Source: Octopus vulgaris
Lineage: Eukaryota
DNA length: 64,000 nucleotides
Direction: 5' to 3'
Assembly: GCA_951406725.2 (NCBI GenBank)
Contig: OX597822.1
Location: forward strand, 22,940,001 to 23,004,000
The number at the start of each line of letters is the position of its first letter. The stretch's first letter is position 1. Below, piece after piece: positions 24,101 through 35,100 of the stretch. A program made the translations under genes and the position numbers. The notes below the pieces were generated by a model. The model was not told where the DNA came from, ran no database searches, and saw only the letters and a program-made list of their open reading frames with translations.

Positions 24101-27100
24101 TATCAATTTGGAATTAGGAAAATCAGAAATGTAAAATATTGGAGAGAGAGAAAAAAATCACAATGTAGTTGGAACATATCTGTTGGGAACAGTGAAATTA
24201 TTTGTACATGACAAGAGCCAGCTTAAACAAGCTTCAGTTATAGATAATACATTGCAATAATAATAAATAAAAAAAAAAAAGTCTTTGTATTTTGTAACAG
24301 CTTATTTCGTAAACAAGACTGATCTTGATAACAATTTCATCATGGAGCCGTAAGTGCATTCTGCAAAGTTCGGTAAGTGAATATGGAACAAAGAATCAAG
24401 ATATTGAAGAAAGTACAAATCTTCAAACTTCCAGTGATATAGTCCATACATGACACATGCATTCCTCAGCGAAAATTTGAAACAGGGGGAGACAATTAAA
24501 AAAAAAAAAGAGAAACGGGGGGTGGGTTTGAAACAATACCATCAAAAATCTTTGCTGTTGACATATTCAGTCAATTTTTTTTTTCTTCTTTCTCTAAATA
24601 TTTTCAACATTTTAAAATTTAAATTAAGTCTTCAATGATTTCCATGCAGAAGACTTACTGTACACTGCTTGTAAATTGAATAAACTGTTTTTTTTTTTTC
24701 AAAAATTTTTTTAATAACAGTAGAAGACATTCCTGGATACGACAGCAGCACAGCATCAGTAATATTATAGCAGTAATATAGTATAATTTTGTACATTTCT
24801 GCACAGGTAACTTTCTACAAGTCTCCTCTATCCAACGGGGACAGATCCTATGGGGAAGAAGGGGTGTGTGTGTATGTGTGTTAAATGAAAACGAGAAACG
24901 GTAACACTTGAGAGCGGGAGAGGTGTGGTAGTGGGGGGTAGGTGGAAATTATCTGAAGAGGATTAATAAAAGACAGACCACACAGTATATATATATTTTT
25001 TTTAAAGAGGGAGGAGGACAGGGTAATAAGGGCTTATGTAGTGGGGTGGGGTAAAGGTAAAAGAAGACAGTATGGATATCTTTGCTTATTGCTTTTAAAT
25101 CTTTAAAATCCAAAGAGATTGTAGGGGGGGGGGGGAGAATGAAGGAGGAGTAACAACAGGAGGAAGAAAACAAGAACATCAATGGTATGAGGTATCTAGA
25201 AGGGGTGGGGGGCTGGAGGTAGGAGCAGGGTTTGGTGGAAAAAAGGGGAAAGAACGAAAGAAGAGAAAATAATAAAAGACACTGCCCAATTAGTAAGGTA
25301 CCTGCTGTTTTATCACAAATTAAGGCTTGCACTTTGTGGGGGTGGGGCGGGGGATGGGACGTGGAGAAGATTAGTCGAAGATGCCTTATTTAATTAAAAT
25401 TCCACTTGAAGTTAAAAGATTCCAAAAACTCCAACATTACAGATGAGATCGCACACCATCTATGATACTTGCCCAGCTAAAGAGTAACACTGATATAGTA
25501 TACATACATAAATATATATGTATATATATATACACACATATATATATATTATATATACATATATATGCTCACATTTATAGATATCTGAATATATTCACAT
25601 ACTCACACATCACATATGAATATATAAATGTACACCCATATCTAGATTTCTAAAATTTTTTTTTCCCCCTTTAAAGAAAATTATGAATGGGAGAGCAGAA
25701 CTAACACAGATCCTTAGTATTTGTTAAAACTTCCTGTAAAATATGAAGCATATCAGGGTAAGAGAAAGGAGGTGGGGAAAAATTATCGTTGTCATCATCA
25801 TCAATATCATCATCGTTATCAGAAGAAATGACGACAGGAAGGACAAGTCTAAGAATAATAACTAATATTGTTTTTTTTTGTGTTTGTTTCTTTGAGGAAA
25901 GAGAATGAAAAAGAAGAAAAAAAACTAAACAAATTTCAGACAATGTTGATTTTCGAAGAGACAAAATGAAGACTTCTGGCTTTAAAAAATGCACTGATAG
26001 ATTACAAGGGATAGGGGGTGGGGGGAAGTAAAGATGGGCCGGGAGCAGAAGATAAAGTTATGTAGATGTGTCAATTGACATGTTCTTTAGCCCAAACATA
26101 ACTGAACCCTTTTTACTGGTAATGTCTAATGGTATATATATATAATTAAATCCAAACACATACTGTAGACCCAGATAGATGTATCCTACTTATATATATA
26201 TCTGTAAATAATAGTTCAGACATACAAACAGGACTAACTATATTATTTCTAGTTATTTCTCTTGTTTTTTTCTCTATATTTTGGTTTTTTAGTTAAAGCC
26301 AAGGAATTTGCAAAGATAATCTTAAATCTTATTAAAAATATGTTTGTATCAGTCCCTTTTTTTTTTTCATTGGGGGGGAAAATGTTATTTTAAGTTCTAG
26401 TCTTGGCATGCTAGCTTACTGAATAGAATTAAACAATCACCCAGTTAACACTGCAAGAAAAAGGTGTCTTTTGTCAATATTTATTTAAATTTAAAATTTT
26501 TTTTTCAACAATTTTTTTTTGTTTTGTTTTTTGTTTTTGGGGGTAAAATTATTTTTATTTTCATTTAGCAAATTTTTTTTTTGTTTTAATCCTTGAAATT
26601 TTAGCAGAAGTCAGAATTGTGTCTTATAGCATCTAACGGACAGATAATAGCCCAAGGTTTCACTAAACAGTATTTCAAATATTAAGGCCCACATTTGGAA
26701 AAAAAGTAGATGTGGAATAAGGATTTAGTTTATTTTATATTTGTTTATTTATTTGTATTTTTAACTTTGAAAGTCAGGCAGACGGACAGACAGGAAACAT
26801 TCTCTATTTAAAAGAAAAATTGCTTTTGCTAAAGCCCACAGAATTTTTAGGATAGATTCCACGAGAAAAAACATCCACTTTCTGTGGTCTTTGAAGAGCA
26901 AAATTCAGACAACCATCTATCTATCTATCTCTGCCTAAAAGAAACTTACAAGATTCAGAAAAATATTTGCTAGAGTAACAGACATATTAAGAACCAGGAA
27001 CCAGTAGACAAAGCTTCTGCAGAAGTTCTTTGATTTTTTTTTTTCCCTAGAAGAAAAAAAAACATTGTAATTTAAATGCAAAAGAGACAAACAAACCAAT

Positions 27101-27616
27101 TTCGCGATATATCAGTTGTAAAACTGCTGTCTTGAAGAAATGAAATAAATTTTAACAAGTCAATTTACTTTAGGTAGGAGGAACAGTTAAAACTCAACCT
27201 CAAAACCATACGGAGACCAGCTAATATAACTTTGTAAAATACAACCTGGTCGGAATTCTTTGTTTTTTTTTTGTTTGTTAATTTTTTTCGGGTGCAAGGA
27301 AAAAAAAAAAAAACAGGGAAGGAGAAAAGAATTTAAACAATTATAGAATCAAGTCAAACAATCCTTACTTTGTCCAAAATCCTATGGAAAAATATACACA
27401 AACACGCACATGTATAAGTGCTTATATCTGTATATAGCTTGAAAAAATAAAAAAGTATCTCAGAAAAAAAAAAACATTTAAAAAAAACATGGAACAGAGC
27501 TGAGAATTATCAATATTATTGTTTGTTTTTTTTTGTTAAACTTCTGCTTCCCCCCCCTTTTTTAATATATATATATATATATTTATGTATTTTTTCTTTC
27601 AATTATTTTTTGTCTT
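21130..27616 (-). other. Probable long 3' UTR of the MTSS1-like gene (distal end uncertain)
   Basis: Follows the TGA at 27617, is U-rich on the minus strand and nearly free of transposons. Minus-strand AATAAA candidates include 21143-21148 and ~22745-22750. Confidence 0.5.
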
Positions 27617-28518
27617 TCAGCATTCTGAACTATCTGTAGATAACCTTCGCAACCTTTGTGCAGATTTCATCTCGGAGAGAACCGAAGTCATAGGGGCATT
27701 GCAAGGATGTGGAAGGACCCCCATGGCAGCCAACTCCTCCTCTGTCGGAGGCGGGGGAAGAGGGAAACCACGATCAACGTCGTCTTCTCCTCCACCCCCG
27801 TCCTCCTTCTGCGTGGGTTTATCTCCACGCCTCTCTGACCTGAGAGCAGCGTAGTTAGAACTGTAAGTATCTATAACACTAGACCTTCGTACAGATGCAT
27901 GTGGGGAGCCTTCTGCTGTGGGGGTGGCTGACACCGAGCTTGAAGCTGCCGATTTGGTTGCTGTGATGGGTGCTTTCAGGGGCTTGGAGACTTCTGGAAC
28001 AGCATACTCAACAACTACTTTATTATTACTTGTCCGTGCCGAGGATAGATGTATGCCAAGACCTCCTGTGATGATCCCACTGTCACCATCTCTCAATATC
28101 ATAGGATTTGGAGGGCTGTCAGTGCCACTCAAGTGTCTTCTGTGCTTTGTTCCAGGAGAATGTTGCATAGAATGGTCTGGCTGAGACAATTTCACAGATT
28201 TAGGTGATGCTGGAGATAACGGGGGAGGCTGTTGTTGAGTAGGAATTGGTGGTTTGGGATGTCTCAGTAACGTCTGATGAGAAATAGGGGATTGTTGAGG
28301 TGGTGCCATTTGCTGAGGCGCAGGCTGCTGTTGCTGTGCTTGTGGACCTGATGCTGGCAGACCTTGCTTCGATGGAGATGAACGCAGCTTGTGAAGGACA
28401 GGAGGTAGTCCTACAGAACCAGTAGACACAGATGATGATCTTCTCACTGGAGGCGGGGGCTTAGAACCGCTTGTACGACGTGAGGAACCAGAAGCTGGTG
28501 GTTTTGATACAGGTAAAC
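27617..28518 (-). CDS. MTSS1: MTSS1/MIM-family terminal exon (Pro/Ser-rich region, C-terminal WH2-like motif)
   Basis: ttgtag acceptor, phase 1. Encodes (G)LPVSKPPASGSSRRTSGSKPPPPVRRSSS...FPLPPPPTEEEL...SVLSEMKSAQRLRRLSTDSSEC*. The helix plus LRRL is the WH2 LKKT equivalent, and the exon splices in frame to KRPASTAG. Confidence 0.9.
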
Positions 28519-29341
28519 CTACAACAAGAGAAAGTGAAATGTATCAGAAATCAGATTAAGAATATTAGGCAATATTTTCATTATGGGGGAGAACAAAAAA
28601 AAAAAAAAAAAAAATCCAACAATCTAACATAAAAAAATGAATTCTTCAGCTGTAAAAGGTCAAAGAGAGAACAAATTGTTAGGAAACAGAGATCAAATTA
28701 TGTAGAGGAGATATACAATAAGATTGAAATAAATATATTGAGAAATATTGAAAGCTTACAACAGAACCATGACCATAATATTAGTAAGTTAATTTTTTTC
28801 AAAAAAAAATTCTACACAATAAGCATTAATAAACACAGTTATGTTAATTATTAACCAACTAATTAGATACCAATGCAAAATAGTTTGAAGTTAAATGCTT
28901 AATTAATGATAATTTTAAAATATTAGGGTTGATAAAAATATTTGATCAGGTTTGAAGAATCCAAGATAATGGTCAATTCTGATAATTAGTAATTTGTTGA
29001 AATTAGGTTGTCCAGACTTCTTAGTATTCCCGAGATTTGTTTCTATTTGCAGAGAATAGCCTTGGTGTTCTGAGGGAGCACTTTAGGATGGTGATCTGTT
29101 CTATTGTCAGCGTTACCTGAGCTTTTTAAAGCACCAATAACTTGCTAGGGGCTGAAATGTGAAATATCTTCTCGCCTTCAAGAGAATAGCCAATCACTAG
29201 GATATTTAGGATGTTTGTAATACCCTGTTTCTTCAATCTTCTTGTACAGTAATAACGATGAAAGCTTTAATTGTCTGCTTTATTTGCCACTTCACTGACG
29301 AGCTAACAACCATGACTGAAGCTTGTAAGTTAACGATAATA

Positions 29342-29870
29342 CAGGGTGGACCAAAATGATTTGACACATTAAAAGCACAAAATAAGAAATAATGAAAAGA
29401 AAAATTTTATTTTCTGAATGTACATATAATGCCATTTTATTTCATTAAGTTTTAAAAGTTAGATCAGCTAAATGCTTCCATCATTGTCAACACACTGTTG
29501 GAGACGTTCATGAAAGCTATCAATAACTCTATGGATTATTTCTTCTGGAATGGTTGCTATTTCTACACAAATTCATCAATAGATCAAGGGCGATGACTGA
29601 ATACTTTTGATTTTATATATCCCCACAAGAAGAAATCGCATTTCACCATTCCAAAAGAAATGATCCATAGAGTTATCGATAACTTTCATGAACGTCTCCA
29701 ACAGTGTGTTAACAATGATGGGAAGCATTTAGTTGATTTAATTTTTAAAACTTAATGAAATAAAATGGCATTATATGTACATTCAGAAAATAAAATTTTT
29801 CTTTTCATTATTTCTTATTTTGTGCTTTTATTAAGCCTCCAAATGGGTCAGATCATTTTGGTCCACCCTG
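29342..29870. mobile_element. Tc1/mariner-derived fold-back element with ~215-bp inverted arms, TA-flanked
   Basis: TA|cagggtggaccaaaatgat ... atcattttggtccaccctg|TA. The right arm encodes TIPKEMIHRVIDNFHERLQQCVNNDGKHLVDLIFKT*, and the spacer reads CDFFLWGYIKSKVF on the minus strand. Confidence 0.9.
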
Positions 29871-30889
29871 TACTTCTAATAACTAATTCTTTCTAAGCAA
29901 TTTTGAGAGGAGGGGGACAAGTTGATTAAAATGACTTCAATACTTGACTGGTACTTCATTTTATTAACCTCAGAAGGATGAAAGGTAAAGTTGACTTTGG
30001 CAGAGTTTGAACTTAGAACATAAAGCACCAGAAGAAATGCTGCCAAGCAATTTTTTTCAATGCACTAATGATTGCACCAGCTCACTACCTTTTTAATAAA
30101 TAACGAATACAAAGATTATAAATTATATTCTTAACAGGTCCTTTAAGATGGTTTCCTTTTAGATATTGGGGTATAAAGTTAGCTTACATCACTTTAGCAT
30201 TCAGAATTCTTTGTCAAACATAATGCTTGTTTATTCCCATTGTTTTGAATTAGTCATGCATTATTTTGTACCTTGAAGATTTCAATGATGAGTTTGTATA
30301 TTTTTAGAATGACATTGTAGCACAGGCGTAAGAGGTTGGATCTGGTCAGTTTTAACATAATACATACGGAATATTATGGCTTAAATGCTAAAGGGTTGAG
30401 AAGAAACTGGTTGTATTTTGTTGAATGATTATATATTTGTATCTATCATAGTTCAGAGATTATCAAATTGATATTTCAACAAGTATTGAATCTGTTAGTC
30501 ATATTACTTGAAGAACAACTATTTTTTCTTTTTTGTAATTAGTAATCATTGATTATTAATCTTATTTTTGTCTTCGTACATTAAGAAAGGAACCTATGTA
30601 CATCAAAACTGTAGCAGAAATCAAAGCTGAAGAGATTATTTGAGTAATAAATATTAAGGCATGACTGAAACAGGGAACTGGAATGGTGTTCTAGATATTG
30701 ATAATTGTCTTCACATTGGGAAAATGATTTAACTGATGAAGCTGTCTAATTAATAAGAAATTGATATCGTTGCAGTCACAAAACTGGTAAGAATGACCCA
30801 AAGTATTGACCGAAATATCAGTGAATAAGGAACTTCTGTTTCATTTGTTTACCACACCCAATATAAATGAATTACAATAAAAGATTTGA

Positions 30890-30928
<39 letters not shown>

Positions 30929-31454
30929 AGGTTAATGTTAGTAATTAGTCACACAACATTTATTGAATTTAATTTAAGTGAAAATCAGTACAAAAAAAAA
31001 AAGTGCAAATGGACATTTATAGAAAAACAAACAAAAAACATTTAAATATCTAAATCATTTTTTGTAAAAGTGAGGGGTGATTATCAACAGGTGGCAACAT
31101 TGGGAGTGTACATAGACATCACATGATCTCTAGAAACTATAAGGAGATTAAAAAAAATTAGCTGCAAAATCAAGCAAATAAAGTGGTTGCACCTCGTTAG
31201 TACTGTTTTGTATATTGCTTGTATGTTAAGGATTGAACATACAAAATCATTATTTAGTTGTTAATTAGGATATTTCTAAAAATAACAGATGTTGATTAGC
31301 ACAACATTTTTTGGTTAATTATTGAAGGTATTTGAAAGGAAGAAACAATCAAGTTTAGAGTAAACTATTTTGAGCTTTATAGATATTTAAGAACACAAAG
31401 TTCAATTGAAACTGCTGTGTGAGATGGAGCAAAATTCCTTCTGCACTCATGCCA

Positions 31455-31792
31455 GTAACACATAAGGGGTACCTGTGCAGGTAGCATGTAGAAAGCACCC
31501 AGCACACTCTGTAGAGTGGTTGGTATTAAGAAGGGCATCGAACCATAGAAACCATGCCGAAACTGACAATTGGAGCCTGGACAGCTCTCATGTTGGCCAG
31601 CTTCTGTCAAACTGTGAAACCCATGCCAAAACTGACAATTGGAGTCTGGGCAACTCTCAGATTGGCCAGTTTCTGTCAAACCCTTGCCAAAATTAACAAT
31701 TGGAGCCTGGACAGCTCTCAGGTTGGCCAGCTTCTGTCAAACTGCCAAACCCAAACCCATGCCAGCATAGAAAACAGATGTTAAATGATGAT
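31455..31792 (+). repeat. RTE-tail copy with three tandem ~60-69-bp internal units
   Basis: ccatgccaaaactgacaattggagcctggacagctctca..ttggccagcttctgtcaaac repeated three times before the gatgatt tail. Confidence 0.85.
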
Positions 31793-32696
31793 TACCACTC
31801 AGATGTGTTTAAGAAGAGGGCAAGCCACTGTTTAAGGTTTGATGAGGCTCTCCAACAGATACTGAGTAGCAAGTCACAATAGTGTTTAAGTAGGCAGGAA
31901 TGTAATTTTACCTTTTTGATAACCAATCCATCCAAGACCACCTCTACTTCTAAGATTCAAATTTATCATTTTAAAGTGATTGAAATTAAAACTTTCCATT
32001 AAAAATTCCATCTTAATTTGTTTCGAACTTCAGCTAAATAATAACAAAGATATTTTACTAAATTCTTCAATATTTTAGAAATTAATGGAAACAAATATTT
32101 CAATAGAAATATGCTAACAAGAATTAAAGTAGTATTGAAACATTTCACTTTGTTTCTTTCAGGTGCAGAGCAACCAAAAATAGAACTATATCTCGAATGT
32201 CAGGTTTGGTATGTATCTCCATTCATCAATATTAAAACCCACTTCTGCTGTGGCTACCACCAAAATGTATCAGTCTCGGAGATATGGACTGCACAGTGGA
32301 GCATATACAACATATGCAGAATATCACACTGCACCATTAAAACCTGCTATCTTTCTGTCAGTTGATGTGGATGTGTCACTTTAGAGTTGCCCTTCTGCAA
32401 AATCACCATCATAGGTGGAATAATTGCTCTTGTTGTTGTTATAAACCATTCTACCAATACTCATAGCACCAAGTCCATCAAATTAGTCATAGTTGAGCCA
32501 ATTAATGTGCTTCAATGTGGTCACCTGTCTTGCTGGACACAACAACCAAATCTTCTTCAAAGTCAGGATAACCAGAGCTGAATGCCTTCTGATCATATTT
32601 TATGGGCATATATTTTATCTATTAGTCAATAATTAAATTAACATTTTGTTTAGATCACTTTAGAAAATAATTTAGAATATTTTCCCTTATACATAT

Positions 32697-32920
32697 TTAA
32701 CCCTTTTATGGTCAATCAGCCTGAAAATGTCCCCAGTTCTATGAGGCAAAGTCCCTTTTAAAATGATCTTAATTAAAACCTTCCTTGAAAATTCAAGTTA
32801 ATTTATATTCTAAATACTAGCTTAATAATGGCAAAGTTATCTTACTAAATTCCTTATTTTCAAAATTAACTGAACCAAAAGCAGTGTATTTCAACAAAAA
32901 TATGGTAACAAAAGGGGTTA
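32697..32920. mobile_element. piggyBac-like MITE family 2; related copies ~31908-32120, 46207-46427, 46790-47332 (SINE inside), 56785-57022
   Basis: TTAAccctt...aaggggTTA(A) ends and a shared body (aaaccttccatcaaaatttca...tatttcaacagaaatatggtaac). Confidence 0.65.
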
Positions 32921-33200
32921 TCATCATCATCATCATCATCATCATTTAACATCCACTTTCCATGCTAGCATGGGTTGGACGATTTGACTGAGGTCTGGCG
33001 AACCAGACTCCAATCTGATCTTGCAGAGTTTCTACAGCTGGATGCCCTTCCTAATGCCAACCACTCCGAGAGTGTAGTGGGTACTTTTACGTGCCACTGG
33101 CATGAGGACCAGTTTGGTGGTACTGGCAACGGCCATGCCCAAATGGTGCTTTTTATGTGCCACCTGCACAGGAGCCAGTCCAGTGGCACTGGCAAACAGT
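32921..33200 (-). mobile_element. RTE 3'-tail copy; others at ~10190-10520 (+), 19038-19220 (-), 52507-53060 (-), 54244-54500 (-), 60125-60300 (+), 63330-63560 (-)
   Basis: (CAT)n plus tttaacatccactttccatgctagcatgggttggac...gatgcccttcctaatgccaaccactccgagagtgtagtggg, the reverse complement of 5040-5217. Confidence 0.88.
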
Positions 33201-34329
33201 GGCAAGTGAGCTAAATTAAATCCTTCCATCAAAATTTCATGTCCATTTTTCTTCCAAACACTGATTATATAATGTTAATACAGCTTTTATTATCACAATT
33301 AATTGAAACAAACAGAAGTGTATTTCAACAGAAATATGGAAACAAATCAAAATTGATCTGTTTTGCAAAATGAAACTAAAATCCTACATTGAATTTAGTA
33401 TAAATGTTGCCAGTTTAAATACGTATAAAACTGAAATATTTACTCTGTACAGTAAGATGATTTAAAAAATTTTTTTTATTACAATTTTTGATTGTTAAAT
33501 AGTGCTGAAACCTAACAGAATGCTAATTTGGTTAACCACTTTACTTCCCTGGTGGTTTATCAAATAAAAAACCTGTGAGTAAAGTTAATAAAACAATTGG
33601 TGGTGGTAGTGATGGGATAAATAAAAAAGCTGTGAAGAAGCATGAAAGTCTAAATGGTAATAGAAAAATGTTGGAGGGTTAAGTTAATGTGGAAATATGG
33701 AAGAAAAACCAACAAAATGGAACAAAATGAAAGGACAAAAGCATTGAATCATGCTTATTGCTTGGGTAAAAGCATATAAAAACGTGTTTAAATTGAAACA
33801 GTAAACACACACAAAAGGAAAAAAAAGCCAGCACATAAACCATGATTAGGATACAGGAGAGAGAAAAAAACAAAAACAATGGGAGTTACAAGTTTTTATA
33901 AAACATGTCAGCCTTATGCAAAAAGGTAAATATTTGCATTAAAAATTGTTCATTTACATTAGAACTTAGTTAAAACAAAATGATTTCAGAGGAAAAAAGA
34001 AAGAACATTTATTTTTTAAAAACATTTTTAAGTAAAAAAAAAAAGTTTTCTTGTTTAGCGTTATTATCATGATATGGACTAAATACTTATTATATAATAA
34101 ATTTATTTGATACATGAAAATGAAAATAAGTGCTATATATATAGAGGTCTAACCCCACCATAGCTGTTCTCAAGCATGGTTGAAAAAGGAGGAGGGTGGA
34201 AAGGCTGTTGAAACTAGTCTTGGTAAGGGGAAGTAATCCTCAGAGACTGCATATGAAGCAATGTAGTGTAAGCAGAAAGGAAGCTACAATGCAGAGCAAC
34301 TGTCTTGCATCAAGGACAACCACATGATT

Positions 34330-34545
34330 GAGAACAAGGAACAACAGGAGCTGTTCAGAACCAGACCCCAAGGGAGATGGAAGCATGGCAGACCAAAATC
34401 AACATGGAGAATGTCCACAGAAGTTGAAGCAGTGACAGGCCACTACAACTGCAATCCATTACCAGAGATCGAGACAGATGGAGATATCTTGTCCAAATCC
34501 TATGCTTCACATGAAGTCAGAAAGAATTAAAGGAGAGAGAGAGAG
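34330..34545 (+). mobile_element. 3' fragment of another RTE-like LINE
   Basis: PQGRWKHGRPKSTWRMSTEVE followed by a frameshifted RDRDRWRYLVQILC and an (AG)n tail. Confidence 0.6.
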
Positions 34546-34619
34546 GTCCACCATTGGTGATGTATGGCTATATACATGGGTGTAATACTAGTTACCCCAG
34601 GTATCTATGTTTCATGATG

Positions 34620-35100
34620 TAACATGCTTTGGAGATGTTGAAGTTGAATGTCAGAAATACACTCTGAAGAGATGAAGGAGAAAGTTGGTAATAAGCACTG
34701 GGGAGATGAAAGTGACAGTCAGGAACTAGTGCTGGAGCAATGAAGGTGAAGGTCATTGGCAAATGCTAGAAAAATGAAGGTGAAGGTTAGTGATAAATGG
34801 TTAGTGATAAGAGGTTAAGGTCAGTGACAAATGCTAGAGAAATGAAGGTGAAGGCCAGTCATATGCTCTTAGAAGATGGTGAAAGCAAATGACAGTAACA
34901 ACCATTGGAGAGATGCTGAAAGTAAAAGTAACAAGTACTAAAGAGACACTGAAAGGAGAAGTTACAAAGCTGAGAAGGTGATGGTCGCTAACGAGCTTTA
35001 TTCTGTGAGGTACTAATGATGGAGGTCAAAATGTAATTATGCTGTGATTTGTGAAATGCCAGAGCAATGAAGTGGGCTTTCTGGAAAATGGAAAATGGTT
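34620..35100. repeat. Degenerate purine-rich minisatellite, unit ~30-36 bp
   Basis: Recurring aatgaaggtgaaggtcagtgacaaatgctag-type units. Confidence 0.7.

Noticed and set aside
27585-28184. Plus-strand ORFs overlapping the MTSS1 last exon
   Set aside because: They are antisense shadows of a GC-richer coding exon with no recognisable homology.
29030-29200. Possible decayed 3' end of a restriction-like-endonuclease LINE on the minus strand (VIGAL-like)
   Set aside because: Too degenerate to support a call without a profile search.
31550-31770. Regularly spaced direct repeats resembling a CRISPR array
   Set aside because: These are contiguous tandem units without unique spacers, inside a LINE tail in eukaryotic DNA with no cas genes.
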